Counted from the first letter of the stretch, positions 1 through 9,864 are shown. The stretch: 64,000 bases of DNA from an uncultured SAR86 cluster bacterium (GCA_902604855.1 CACLAF010000003.1:516-64515); one strand, 5' to 3'. Notes: a model not told the origin generated them from the letters alone. Numbers and translations are program-made.

Positions 1-1415
1 CTTGGTATGAAGCTCATGTGAGAAGTGATGAAGGATGGAATATGATGGGTGGACTTTTTCCTGGCTCACCTTTTGTATTTGTAGGGTTTAATGAAAATAT
101 AGCTTGGGGATTTACAGTCAATAAGCCCGATCTATCTGATAGTTACTTACTCGAAGTTAATCCAGAAAATGAAGATCAATATTTACTTGATGGAGAATGG
201 GTAGATTTCAAAATTGAGATGGTAAGACTTCCAATCAAACTATTCGGACCGCTCAAATGGACTGTTAATAGAGAGGCAAAGTATTCAGTTCATGGTCCTG
301 TATTGGAAGTAGCTGATAAAAGTTATGCCCTTAGGTTTTCAGGAATGAGAGATATCAAACAGGTCAATCAATGGTTTGCAATGAATAAATCAAATTCTCT
401 AAAAGAGTGGATAGAAGCGATGAAAATGAGATCTATAATATCTTTCAATGGTGTGTATGCTGATAGAGAAGATAATATATATTTCCTTCATAATTCTTCT
501 TCACCGCTTAGGAAAGAGGGAATAGATTGGGAAAATATCATCGATGGTTCAAGATCTGATCTAGTTTGGGATAAATATGTAAATTTTGAATCAATTCCAC
601 AACTACAAAACCCATCCTCAGGTTGGATTGCAAGCACCAATCAAGATCCACTCAAAGTAACGGGTGAAGAAGACAACTTGTTATCGAAAAATTATTCCCC
701 AACTTTGGGTCTGCAAACAAGGATGACTAATAGAGCTTACAGATCCATTGAACTTTTTAGCCAAAATAACAAACTTGGCGAAAAGGATTTTGATGACATA
801 AAGTTTGATAATAAATACTCAAAGCAATCTAGATCATACAAATACATATCAGAGTTATTCAACAAAGACTTCGAGTCTGATGAGTTAAATTATGCGCGAG
901 ATATTTTAAAAAAGTGGGACTTGGCAACAGATTTTAAAAATACTTCTGCCGCTCTAGGGGTATGTGTTCTATCGAGTGAATGGATTTCTGAACAGGGGCA
1001 AAGAATACCTCAAGATCCTGAGATATCCTTAAGAGAATGCGTGAAAGAATTAATCCAAACTTACGGAAGAGTTGACCCGCCTTGGTCAGAAAGAAATTTT
1101 ATTGTCAGGGGAACTAAAAAAGAATCAGTGCAAGGCGGACCCGATGTTCTAAGGGCTATTTATGGAAGAAACGATGAAGCAGGAGATTTAAAAGCTGCGG
1201 GAGGAGATGGACTTTACATACATGTAAGTTGGGATAAGGATGGTCAACAAAAATCTAAAAGCATTCACCAATATGGCAGTGCAACTCAAGACGAAAGCTC
1301 TATTCATTTTGCTGATCAAATGGATTTGTATATTCAAGAACAATACAAACCTACTTTCTTCGACAAGGAAGATTTATCAAAAAATATCTCAAAAATTTAT
1401 AATGTCCCTTATTAA
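1..1415 (+). CDS. Penicillin acylase family (Ntn-hydrolase) protein, 5' end outside window
   Basis: Frame is open from the window edge (WYEAHVRS...). Acylase beta-subunit motifs GFNENIAWGFTVNKPD, SVHGPV, NGVYADREDNIY, NPSSGWIASTN, HFADQMDLY. Confidence 0.85.
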   Translation, partial: WYEAHVRSDEGWNMMGGLFPGSPFVFVGFNENIAWGFTVNKPDLSDSYLLEVNPENEDQYLLDGEWVDFKIEMVRLPIKLFGPLKWTVNREAKYSVHGPVLEVADKSYALRFSGMRDIKQVNQWFAMNKSNSLKEWIEAMKMRSIISFNGVYADREDNIYFLHNSSSPLRKEGIDWENIIDGSRSDLVWDKYVNFESIPQLQNPSSGWIASTNQDPLKVTGEEDNLLSKNYSPTLGLQTRMTNRAYRSIELFSQNNKLGEKDFDDIKFDNKYSKQSRSYKYISELFNKDFESDELNYARDILKKWDLATDFKNTSAALGVCVLSSEWISEQGQRIPQDPEISLRECVKELIQTYGRVDPPWSERNFIVRGTKKESVQGGPDVLRAIYGRNDEAGDLKAAGGDGLYIHVSWDKDGQQKSKSIHQYGSATQDESSIHFADQMDLYIQEQYKPTFFDKEDLSKNISKIYNVPY

Positions 1416-1436
1416 AATAAATAAAAATCAAAAGTT

Positions 1437-1829
1437 ATGTTATCTGCTCAAGTCTTAATTTCAGGTTTAGTTTGTGGTTTGATTATATTTCAGTCCGCCT
1501 TTGTTGCACCTACAGTTTTTCGAGACTTACCAGAAGAAAGCAGACCAGTAATATTAAGATCTCTTTTTCCAAAACTTTTTAAGTCAATAACTATAGCTGG
1601 GCTTTTATTAACCTTATTAGCCTTTTTAGAGGGTTCTAATTTAATAATCGCATATTGCGTTGGCGTTTTTACATTCATGGCAGGTTTGATCTGCAATTCC
1701 ATGATAGAAGCAACAAATAGGGCTAGAGATGATGGAAATGATAAACTTTTTTCTACTCTTCATCGAATTAGTGTGCTACTGACAATATCAGTTTTACTGA
1801 CAAATCTCATTTGGGTATTTATAGTTTAA
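1437..1829 (+). CDS. DUF4149 family membrane protein
   Basis: Four hydrophobic segments; FVAPTVF...L and F..LH..SV..T patterns typical of DUF4149. Confidence 0.7.
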   Translation: MLSAQVLISGLVCGLIIFQSAFVAPTVFRDLPEESRPVILRSLFPKLFKSITIAGLLLTLLAFLEGSNLIIAYCVGVFTFMAGLICNSMIEATNRARDDGNDKLFSTLHRISVLLTISVLLTNLIWVFIV

Positions 1830-1831
1830 TT

Positions 1832-2260
1832 ATGAAAGAAAGATTAAATAAATTTCTTAACACTGGCATGAATAAAGGTTTGAGTTGGACAACCATTGCA
1901 AGTGAGAAATTACTTCTAGCCTTAATTGGAATATCAACATGTATAGCTTCGGCCATGTATCTCTATGAGATGATCTTGCAAAGAGAAATCTTGCTAGGTG
2001 ATCTATTTATGCTCTTCATATATGCAGAAATCCTCGCCATGGTTGGTGCTTTCTATAGCACTAATAGGATACCTGTTACTCTTCCAATCATTGTTGCAAT
2101 TACTGCTCTATGTCGTTTGATAATAATGCAGACAAAAGAAATGGATGCGATTATGGTAATGTGGGAGGCAGGTGCAATATTTATTCTTGCTGGTTCAGCC
2201 TATCTAATGAGTCTGAAAGACAAAATAAGTCTAGAGAAATTAAAAAAGTCGAAAGAATAG
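1832..2260 (+). CDS. psiE: Phosphate-starvation-inducible PsiE family membrane protein
   Basis: DLFMLFIYAEILAMV...RIPVTLPIIVAITALCRLII PsiE signature. ATG at 1832 preferred over the overlapping TTG at 1811. Confidence 0.75.
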   Translation: MKERLNKFLNTGMNKGLSWTTIASEKLLLALIGISTCIASAMYLYEMILQREILLGDLFMLFIYAEILAMVGAFYSTNRIPVTLPIIVAITALCRLIIMQTKEMDAIMVMWEAGAIFILAGSAYLMSLKDKISLEKLKKSKE

Positions 2261-2261
2261 C

Positions 2262-2699
2262 TTATAAATAAGAACTAAATCTTTCTGATCTCCAAGAATT
2301 AATTAGGTCCTTAGAAGATTCATCTCTTGAAAACCAAACCTTGTCAGATTCATTATTTATCTGATGAACCTTGAGTTCTTCTAGCCCTGAAGGTGAGGAA
2401 TCATTAAAAAACTCCATGATGAATCTTTCATATAAATTTCGTTGGTTTAACTCCAACAAGTAGTTTGAGACTCTTTTGATCTCTTGTAATTCTCTATAGT
2501 GATAAATATATAGAAAAGAATCTTCAGCTTGATTTTCCTCTGTAAAGATCGGATTATCTTTGAGAACAAGTTCCTTAAATTTATCGCGTACTTCAGACAT
2601 ATCTAATTTCTTTAAATCTAGATTTAACTCCTCTTTAAAGAATACCTCAAAGTCTTTATAGGTTTTTTCTATTTGTTCGCTTATCTTCAAAATAAACAC
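2262..2699 (-). CDS. Hypothetical protein
   Basis: 145 aa ORF fills the gap between neighbours; GTG start; no recognisable motif. Confidence 0.5.
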   Translation of the reverse strand: MFILKISEQIEKTYKDFEVFFKEELNLDLKKLDMSEVRDKFKELVLKDNPIFTEENQAEDSFLYIYHYRELQEIKRVSNYLLELNQRNLYERFIMEFFNDSSPSGLEELKVHQINNESDKVWFSRDESSKDLINSWRSERFSSYL

Positions 2700-2815
2700 T
2701 CCGACTATGTTTTTTATATGACCAAGAGTTACTTAAAACTTTTAAAAAAACTTTAATGCTTTAAAATTAACTATCTCGCTGCCTGCCTTTCTGAATTTAC
2801 ACTCTTAGATATTAT

Positions 2816-3283
2816 ATGAAAAAATTTTTAAAAGTTGGTCTGATTATATTTATACTTTCTTCACTATTAGCCATGCCAATAAAAGCAGCAAAATACGACA
2901 AAAAAAAGCCATCAGATCTTTATACAAAAGCGATAGCACATCTAGACAAAAACCAATATGGTAAAGCTCAAAAAGTACTCCGAATCTATACTAGAAAAAA
3001 GAAAGATGATGCTGACGGATGGACACTCCTTGCCTTCTCTTCAAGAAAACTCGGCAGTTATGCAAACGCCGAAAAATATTATGAAAAAGCTTTAGAGTTA
3101 GATCCCGAGAACAAAGCAGCCCTAGAATATCAAGGAGAGCTTTTTGTTGTTCTAGATAAACTTCAGTTGGCTAACGAAAATTTGAATAAACTAAAGACTT
3201 TATGCCCAGATTCATGCGATGAATTAGAAAAACTAGAAGATTTTATCTCCAGCAAAATAGAGAAAGAAAAAATTAATATCTAA
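2816..3283 (+). CDS. Secreted tetratricopeptide repeat protein
   Basis: Signal peptide; TPR motifs ADGWTLLAFSSRKLG..A..YYEKALELDPEN..ALEYQGELF; C-terminal CPDSC. Confidence 0.8.
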   Translation: MKKFLKVGLIIFILSSLLAMPIKAAKYDKKKPSDLYTKAIAHLDKNQYGKAQKVLRIYTRKKKDDADGWTLLAFSSRKLGSYANAEKYYEKALELDPENKAALEYQGELFVVLDKLQLANENLNKLKTLCPDSCDELEKLEDFISSKIEKEKINI

Positions 3284-3356
3284 TTGATATCCCTAACTCT
3301 AAAAATTAGAGCTGCTTTTATTTGAATGAGTTGTGAATTATTTATTGAATAAATTA

Positions 3357-4259
3357 TTAAAATTCTAAATCTATGTAAAATTGATTACTTTTGAGATTGC
3401 AACTTTCTATCTCTTTAGATTTAATCCATTTAAAGAAATCGTCAAAGACTTTAGGATCGATTTTTCCGAAAGTTTCCTCATCACCGAAGTAATCTTTTGA
3501 AAACTCCAAAGAATTAATCAAATCAATATTTCTTTCCTCAAGAGGGACATTAGGTCTGAGGATGTTAGTTGACTCCGCAGTATGTTTGAAAGCATACAAC
3601 AAACCTTTTTTTGTTGCCGAGAGAAATCTTCTTAGTTCATCCTTACTTCTCTCAATCAACAAGTGAGGCACAACTATCAATGGTGAATATGAATAAGGAA
3701 TTCCGTAATCTTCTAATTTAAAAAACTTAAAATTAGGTCTTTGTATACCTTCCCAATTGAGAAATATCCAAGTTGCATCTAAATTTTGATTAATCAAAGC
3801 ATTCCATACCCCTAGTCTATCGGGATAATGTATGTCTAGATCACCTACTCCTCCATCTTTTTTAACTAATTCTTTTACAATTAGATCTTCGTATCTAGCT
3901 CCATAAGAGGCATAAGACTTTGAATCCAGGTCCATTGGTCTATTAACATTTGAATCTTCTCGAACAGCAATAGCGCTAACATCTCTTTGGAAAAGAGTAG
4001 CTATTGCCATTAAACTAAAGGGTGAATCTTTTGTTCTAAAACTTATTATTGACTCTGTTGGACATAGGGCAATATCTGCCAGGCCCAATTCCGCTTTTTT
4101 CGCAGGTGAATATTCGTAATTATCGACTTCAGGTGAAATTATCTCTAAATCTATTCCCTCCTCTTGATAAAACTCTTTTTTTTGAGCAACAAAAAAACCG
4201 ATATGGTTGATATTTGGAGTCCAGTCTAGGGCAAGCTTAAAAGTTTTTAGTCTTTTCAA
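3357..4259 (-). CDS. NMT1/THI5-like (ThiY-type) substrate-binding-fold protein, no signal peptide
   Basis: LALDWTPNINHIGFFVA..K.FY..EGID motif of the NMT1 family. Confidence 0.8.
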   Translation of the reverse strand: MKRLKTFKLALDWTPNINHIGFFVAQKKEFYQEEGIDLEIISPEVDNYEYSPAKKAELGLADIALCPTESIISFRTKDSPFSLMAIATLFQRDVSAIAVREDSNVNRPMDLDSKSYASYGARYEDLIVKELVKKDGGVGDLDIHYPDRLGVWNALINQNLDATWIFLNWEGIQRPNFKFFKLEDYGIPYSYSPLIVVPHLLIERSKDELRRFLSATKKGLLYAFKHTAESTNILRPNVPLEERNIDLINSLEFSKDYFGDEETFGKIDPKVFDDFFKWIKSKEIESCNLKSNQFYIDLEF

Positions 4260-4283
4260 TGCAGTTAAACCTTCAAAAGGCTA

Positions 4284-4733
4284 TTACATTGGAGAGTTAT
4301 GTGTATGAGCTATTCCCCAATTTCCATCTTCCTCAACTAATACGAGAGTAATGTATGTGAATGTTGGTGGACTCATCTCGCCCATACTTGGAATAAAATC
4401 TGTTCGCCTCACAAAATCTGCAATAGCTACCTCGCCATAAATTCTCACTTCTGGAGAAGATATAGTAGAAATTAACTTTAAGTCAGGATCTCGTGAAAGG
4501 TTTGCAGCCCTTCTCTCCTTTTGAATCATTAAATTCTCTGCCTGATTAGGCCATCTTTTGGAGGTTATCATGACCCGATCATCTCTTATAAGTTCCGCCT
4601 GAGCATCAAGGTCACCCTCTAAGGCAGACCATTTATAAATCGTATCCAGGACATCCTTTTCGGAGCTGAAACTAAGAAACGATAAGCTTGATAAAAATAT
4701 TACACTTATTATTTTAGAAATTAAATTTTTCAT
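4284..4733 (-). CDS. Secreted NTF2/SnoaL-like (DUF4440-type) protein
   Basis: Signal peptide; VRIYGEVAI and TLVLVEEDGNWGIAHTHNS C-terminus typical of the NTF2 fold. Confidence 0.75.
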   Translation of the reverse strand: MKNLISKIISVIFLSSLSFLSFSSEKDVLDTIYKWSALEGDLDAQAELIRDDRVMITSKRWPNQAENLMIQKERRAANLSRDPDLKLISTISSPEVRIYGEVAIADFVRRTDFIPSMGEMSPPTFTYITLVLVEEDGNWGIAHTHNSPM

Positions 4734-4832
4734 TATGTACTCCTTTACATTACAAAATTTATACTTTGGATTTAAACTGCCAGTGAATGATAAATCAAGA
4801 CCTTTAGGTTAAACCAACACTGAATATAACCA

Positions 4833-4908
4833 TGGTGCCCCCTGTAGGACTCGAACCTACGACCAAGTGATTAAGAGTCACCTGCTCTACCAACTGAGCT
4901 AAGGAGGC
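4833..4908 (-). tRNA. tRNA-Lys (anticodon CTT)
   Basis: Reverse complement GCCTCCTTAGCTCAGTTGGTAGAGCAGGTGACTCTTAATCACTTGGTCGTAGGTTCGAGTCCTACAGGGGGCACCA; 76 nt cloverleaf with encoded CCA. Confidence 0.95.
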
Positions 4909-4921
4909 AATAATAGTTTTT

Positions 4922-5356
4922 CTACCAAGTGTAAGTTGCCAAACAAACGATATAAGAAATAGTTACCAATATGGTCAAATTTGCTCTGAGGTTTCTATAT
5001 TTTACGTACTTCATCTTCTCTGAGACTCTCAATTCAAATAGATAGAATAAAATAAATGTAAGGAGACTGAGACATAGACTGTAATAAAGAAACATATTGG
5101 AGAGTGCTATTATCGAGAAGCCAGTAAGAGAGACTAAAATTCCCACTATGAGAGAAAGCTTATTATCGGCCTCTCCATCCCAGCCCCATGTCATACCTCC
5201 CAAGAAAGATAGTATTACACCTCCGTAAAATGATAAAAGTAGATTGAATACATAACCCTCAGGAAAATCTAAAAAGAGCGGATAAAATGATAAAAAAATA
5301 AAGGGAATTACCCCAAGATATCCTAATACTTGTCTTGTTCTAATGGTCATTTTCAA
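4922..5356 (-). CDS. DUF3429 family membrane protein
   Basis: LGYLGVIPF, YGGVILSFLGGMTWG and Y..LR..LT motifs. Confidence 0.8.
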   Translation of the reverse strand: MKMTIRTRQVLGYLGVIPFIFLSFYPLFLDFPEGYVFNLLLSFYGGVILSFLGGMTWGWDGEADNKLSLIVGILVSLTGFSIIALSNMFLYYSLCLSLLTFILFYLFELRVSEKMKYVKYRNLRANLTILVTISYIVCLATYTW

Positions 5357-6753
5357 CTTCTTTTCCTACTGCCATGTTTGTAATAAACAGATCTAGCAAT
5401 CTTTTTAAACTCATCTCCTTTTCTTATTGACCAAATAGTATCTCTTGCAAATTTTGCTGATTGTTTCAGGTCTACGACTGGAGAAATGTAAGCTGTTTGT
5501 AAATCTGAGGAATGTATTTTTTTTGGATCAATATCATTTAGACTTGGGATTATTTGTTTTATCCACTTTGCTTCGGGATCTTGATCTAAGCTCTGTTTAT
5601 TGACTGAATAAATTCTAGGCAGATTTATTCCAGTAACTCCACTTTGCATTTGTACTTGGGGAATATGTATACCTGGTTCGTAGTCGACAAACAGCTCTCC
5701 AAGCAAAGGAGATGTAGATTGCCATGGTTGCCATAAATTATATGATGCAAATGACATAATCATTGCTCTCATTCTAAAATTGATCCAACCCTTTTCTCTA
5801 AGATAAAGCATACAAGCATCCAGAAAAGGAAATCCTGTTTCGCCATTAATCCATCTATCAATAAATTCTTTATTCTCGAAAGGTCTGAGATCATCACACA
5901 TACTGTGCATAGAATTAAATTCTATAGCAGGTTCAGTTTCTAATTTCTGTATGAAATGACAATGCCAGTAAAGCCTTTTTCTGAATGAGTAAAGATCTTT
6001 CTTAAAAGGTGATTGAGGATAATGAGCCTCAAGCTTTTGATATATTTCTCTAATAGATATTGAGCCAAATGCAATATGAGGAGAAAGTCTTGAGCATGAT
6101 TCTTCAGCTTCATGAGGGCTAGACATTTTCTTTGAATACCCTTCAGATCTGCTATCAAAGAACGAATTAAGTTTTGCATTTGCTTCCTTGGTACCACCTT
6201 TCTGGAATCCTTTTTGGATAATACTCTTGGATAGATCTAAAAAGTCGTCAAAATTCATGAGATCTGTTGGCTTACTACTAAGATTTGGTTTTGGCTGATC
6301 ATATCGACATTTTCTCATTTGCCTATTCCAATCAAAAGACCACTTATCTCTGTTAAATTGGTCAATTTGTATTCCAAAATCTTCATATACATTTAGTCTT
6401 GATGACCCCTTGAAAGTATCTTTGAATTTCCTAATTTGATTTCTGTAATACGAAGTATCAGTTGAGTGATTAAAGTGAATCTTTGACTGAGGGTAGTTTC
6501 TGTCAATATAAGTCGATAATTCTGAATAACTTCCCTCAAAGACCTCAATGTATGAGTTAAGGCTCCTAAGTCCTGATTGAACTTCTTTCATACAATCCAT
6601 TAAAAATGAAAATTGTCTGGGAGATCTTCCATCTGATGACCAATAATGTTTATCGTAAACATAAACAACACGATAGTTCTGATTAGCAGAGCCATGGAAA
6701 AGAGCTGAATTATCCTCTAATCTAAGATTTCTATGTAGTATGATAATATCCAC
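5353..6753 (-). CDS. Cryptochrome/DNA photolyase family protein
   Basis: RNLRLEDNSAL, SRLSPHIAFGSIS, GETGFPFLDACM, GWINFRMRAM, LFVDYEPGIH FAD-binding motifs; GTG start. Confidence 0.9.
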   Translation of the reverse strand: MDIIILHRNLRLEDNSALFHGSANQNYRVVYVYDKHYWSSDGRSPRQFSFLMDCMKEVQSGLRSLNSYIEVFEGSYSELSTYIDRNYPQSKIHFNHSTDTSYYRNQIRKFKDTFKGSSRLNVYEDFGIQIDQFNRDKWSFDWNRQMRKCRYDQPKPNLSSKPTDLMNFDDFLDLSKSIIQKGFQKGGTKEANAKLNSFFDSRSEGYSKKMSSPHEAEESCSRLSPHIAFGSISIREIYQKLEAHYPQSPFKKDLYSFRKRLYWHCHFIQKLETEPAIEFNSMHSMCDDLRPFENKEFIDRWINGETGFPFLDACMLYLREKGWINFRMRAMIMSFASYNLWQPWQSTSPLLGELFVDYEPGIHIPQVQMQSGVTGINLPRIYSVNKQSLDQDPEAKWIKQIIPSLNDIDPKKIHSSDLQTAYISPVVDLKQSAKFARDTIWSIRKGDEFKKIARSVYYKHGSRKRS

Positions 6754-6765
6754 TTTGAATAAGTG

Positions 6766-6782
6766 AGCGCGGGCGTATTTTA
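6766..6782 (-). promoter_or_regulatory. Putative sigma70 -10 (TAAAAT) with GC-rich discriminator upstream of the photolyase
   Basis: Minus strand reads TAAAAT-ACGCCCGCGCT, a conspicuous GC patch in an AT-rich spacer; no good -35. Confidence 0.45.
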
Positions 6783-6870
6783 CTTGATTATGGAGTAATT
6801 AATAGTACTGAAAAATACATCTAAGTTACCAAATTTATGATGTAAAAGTGATTTTAAAAAGGAGTTTTTA

Positions 6871-8085
6871 GTGAGCAAAGTATTAAGAGATTTTCCTCTT
6901 CATCCAGAAGAGGTTACTAATGAGTTTCTTTCAAGATGTTTTAATGGAAAAGTCCTATCATATGAATTAGATACTAGCATGACAGCTGGAGGAGTTTTAG
7001 CTGATGCATTTAGGGTATTTAACATTACTTATGATGAAATTAATGATCTTCCAAAAAGCTGCTTTTTGAAATGTACTAAAGAAATTCCGGAAGTAGTCGA
7101 AATGTGTTTATCTACCCAAGTATATGCAAAAGAAGTTTATTTTTACTCGACTCTTATTCACAAAGTAAAAGATGTCATTAGAGTTCCAGAATGTTATGGA
7201 ATCTTCAAAGCGGATGATGATATTGAATGTAAGGAGTTTTGTTTAGTTTTAGAAGATTTTGATCAAGATAACTGGGTTCCATTTGATCAGTTTGATAATC
7301 CCATGACTTATGAAGATACAGTTCAATTTATGAAGGACCTTGGATACTTTCATGCAGCTTGTTGGGGTGAACCAGTATCAAATGATGCTGGATTGGGGCC
7401 CTTTAGAGCACATTGGCAAAATTTAAATGATGATTATTGGGAAGATGGCGAAACAACTTGGGACAAAGCAGTCCCTAAATGGGAAGATGTTTATGGAGAG
7501 TCATTGCTTTCAATGGTAAGCGATGAAGTTGGTGAAACGATAAAAAAACTTGTAGATATTTATGCCTCCAAAAACGGAAAAAAAATACAAGAAGAATTAC
7601 TTAAAGAGCTACAAAAAAGACCACGAACAATTACTCATGGTGATGCACGTGGGAATAATATATTTAAATCTAAAAATGATGGCAGCATGGGAATAATAGA
7701 TTGGCAGATGTGGGTAGCTGGCCCAGCAAGCAATGAATTCGGACAAGTTTGGTTTAATTCATTTTCATTGGATAGCGGAATGATACACAGACTTGATGAA
7801 ATGACATCGATATACTACGAGTCCATGATTTCTAAGAAACCTGAAATTAAAGATGAATATCCTTATGAAGTTCTTCTTGATGATCTTAAGCTTCTTTTTA
7901 TCAACATATGGCCTGAGTACTTGGGTTTCACTGTCGGATCTATTGACGGGTATAAGGATCCTGAACAACTCAAGTCAAAAGAAAACTGGAGAGAAATGAT
8001 GAAGCGAAACATGGAAACTGTTCATTATTCAGGATGCCTTGAGTCTTTTGAGAATTTTATTTCCAAACTTGATCTCTCAAACTAA
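6871..8085 (+). CDS. Ecdysteroid kinase-like (EcKL/DUF1679) phosphotransferase
   Basis: FLK, KEVYFY, LVLED, HGDARGNN (Brenner motif), IIDWQ; AGGAG RBS before the GTG start. Confidence 0.8.
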   Translation: MSKVLRDFPLHPEEVTNEFLSRCFNGKVLSYELDTSMTAGGVLADAFRVFNITYDEINDLPKSCFLKCTKEIPEVVEMCLSTQVYAKEVYFYSTLIHKVKDVIRVPECYGIFKADDDIECKEFCLVLEDFDQDNWVPFDQFDNPMTYEDTVQFMKDLGYFHAACWGEPVSNDAGLGPFRAHWQNLNDDYWEDGETTWDKAVPKWEDVYGESLLSMVSDEVGETIKKLVDIYASKNGKKIQEELLKELQKRPRTITHGDARGNNIFKSKNDGSMGIIDWQMWVAGPASNEFGQVWFNSFSLDSGMIHRLDEMTSIYYESMISKKPEIKDEYPYEVLLDDLKLLFINIWPEYLGFTVGSIDGYKDPEQLKSKENWREMMKRNMETVHYSGCLESFENFISKLDLSN

Positions 8086-8125
8086 GAGTTAATTAATCTT
8101 TTCCTAATAATTAAGAGTTAATGAT

Positions 8126-8842
8126 ATGAAAGAAAATATGTCTTTAGATGGACTCACAAGAAAAAGAATATATTTATTCAGGCACGGAGAGGTAAATTAT
8201 ATGCCCTCAGGTAAAGTTGTTGCAGATCCAAATTTAGTAGACTTAACTGAAAAAGGCCTTTTGCAAGCTAAGTTAATCGATGAGAATACAAAGGATATAT
8301 ATTTTGAAAGAATTCTTAGTTCAGGCTTACCAAGAACTATTCAGACAGGTGCTCACATGGCAGAAAGGAGAGGAATCGAAATAGAGACTTATCCAGAACT
8401 TAAAGAATATCAATGGGATCCAAAATCTTTTCAAGATAATGATGTAAAAAAATTCGGATATCTATTTGAAAGCTCTAAATCAAAAAATGCAATAGGTGGA
8501 ATTGAAGAAGCTGACGAATTTTATAATAGAGTAACAATACAGTTAGAAAAAATTATAAAAGAAGACTGGAGTCAAATAGCCATTGTTTTGCACGGTGCAG
8601 TTAATGCTGCAATCATGTGCTGGTTAAACGACATTGATATAAGTCTAGCTTCAAAATTTGACCAGGATCATGCCGCTTTAAATATTATTGATATTGATAC
8701 GAAAGAAGATGGTGAAATAATCAGGAAATCAATAAGGCGATACAATATTCCTCCGGATTTATCAGATATAGACTCAGATATAAGGTCTTCTTGGGAATCT
8801 ACAGCAAGTAAAATAATTAGCTATAATGAATTAGCCAATTAA
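8126..8842 (+). CDS. Histidine phosphatase (phosphoglycerate mutase-like) family protein
   Basis: IYLFRHGE, LTEKG..QA, SSGLPRTIQT, VLHG motifs. Confidence 0.85.
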   Translation: MKENMSLDGLTRKRIYLFRHGEVNYMPSGKVVADPNLVDLTEKGLLQAKLIDENTKDIYFERILSSGLPRTIQTGAHMAERRGIEIETYPELKEYQWDPKSFQDNDVKKFGYLFESSKSKNAIGGIEEADEFYNRVTIQLEKIIKEDWSQIAIVLHGAVNAAIMCWLNDIDISLASKFDQDHAALNIIDIDTKEDGEIIRKSIRRYNIPPDLSDIDSDIRSSWESTASKIISYNELAN

Positions 8843-9620
8843 TTATGTCTTGGAAGGCATTGGTATCCTGAATTAGAAATAGATGCCCACCTTCATAAAA
8901 CTCTAACTTACTATTATCAATTTTTTGGTGCATCTTCTCCATATTTAACATTGGAGCTATTCCATCATATTTACCTCCCAATAAAAAAGTAGGAATATTG
9001 ATTTCTTCTAAATCTCCATATGTATTATGGTCCTTTCTTGCGAGCAGTTGTTTAAGAAGGTTTCTTGGTTGAGGTTTATATGCATTCCTATTTTCCGCCT
9101 GTTCTTTTATAGATTGCCATAAATCATCATTTTGCTCTATCCACGCATCGGTAATTCTCAAATCATTTATTTTGATGCTTTTCTCGAGTTTTTCTTCTTC
9201 GTTGAATTCATCTAATGTGTGTAAGGGATAGGAAGAACCGCCATCACCGCCTGAAGAGGTGCAGGCCAAAATGAGTTTGCTTACTCTGGATGCATGTCTT
9301 TTTATAAATTCTTGAGCGACCATACCCCCAAAAGAAACACCCATAACTGGAATAGTGTCTATTTTAAGCTTATCAAGAAGATGAGCAGCATCATCAGCAT
9401 ATTGTTGCATTGAATAAGGTCCAGATGGGCTAGATGTCTGCCCTAAACCTCTTTGATCATAACTAATAATTTCAAAATGTTCTGAAAGAGGCGAATCTAG
9501 CTGATTAGGTTTATTTCTCAAATCACCTCCTGTGCCCCCTATAAATAATAAGGGTCCGTTAGGGCGAGGTGTACTCCTTTCAAAATATATATCTAGGTCT
9601 TTTGTGCTTATAATAGCCAT
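8817..9620 (-). CDS. Alpha/beta hydrolase
   Basis: YDQRGLGQT, GVSFGGMVA nucleophile elbow, GKYDGI (Asp) and GGH (His) triad. Confidence 0.88.
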   Translation of the reverse strand: MAIISTKDLDIYFERSTPRPNGPLLFIGGTGGDLRNKPNQLDSPLSEHFEIISYDQRGLGQTSSPSGPYSMQQYADDAAHLLDKLKIDTIPVMGVSFGGMVAQEFIKRHASRVSKLILACTSSGGDGGSSYPLHTLDEFNEEEKLEKSIKINDLRITDAWIEQNDDLWQSIKEQAENRNAYKPQPRNLLKQLLARKDHNTYGDLEEINIPTFLLGGKYDGIAPMLNMEKMHQKIDNSKLEFYEGGHLFLIQDTNAFQDIINWLIHYS

Positions 9621-9654
9621 GGTTCTTCGATGTTAATTATAGAATAAAATAATT

Positions 9655-9861
9655 ATGAAAAAGGCTTTTATACTAACTACTCTTTTGACGTTAATCGTTC
9701 CATCAACTTTATTTGCAAATGAGTTTAGTCTCTTTATAAAAACCTGTAAAAGTTGTGAATGGATAACCTATCCCGTGCCTTTTCGTCTCAAGGAGCAATG
9801 TGAAATAGCAAGACAAGGTATCTTTATAAAAGGTATGACTAAATGTCTAAAAACAGATTAG
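9655..9861 (+). CDS. Small secreted Cys-containing hypothetical protein
   Basis: MKK plus hydrophobic signal peptide ending LFA; four Cys in the mature part; fills the intergenic gap. Confidence 0.6.
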   Translation: MKKAFILTTLLTLIVPSTLFANEFSLFIKTCKSCEWITYPVPFRLKEQCEIARQGIFIKGMTKCLKTD

Positions 9862-9864
9862 ATA

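Noticed and set aside
6762-6796. GC patch GTGAGCGCGGGCG...GATTATGGAGT as another eroded tRNA-Ile2 scar
   Set aside because: Needs a gap of about 12 nt to align, and is better explained as a -10 plus GC discriminator on the minus strand.
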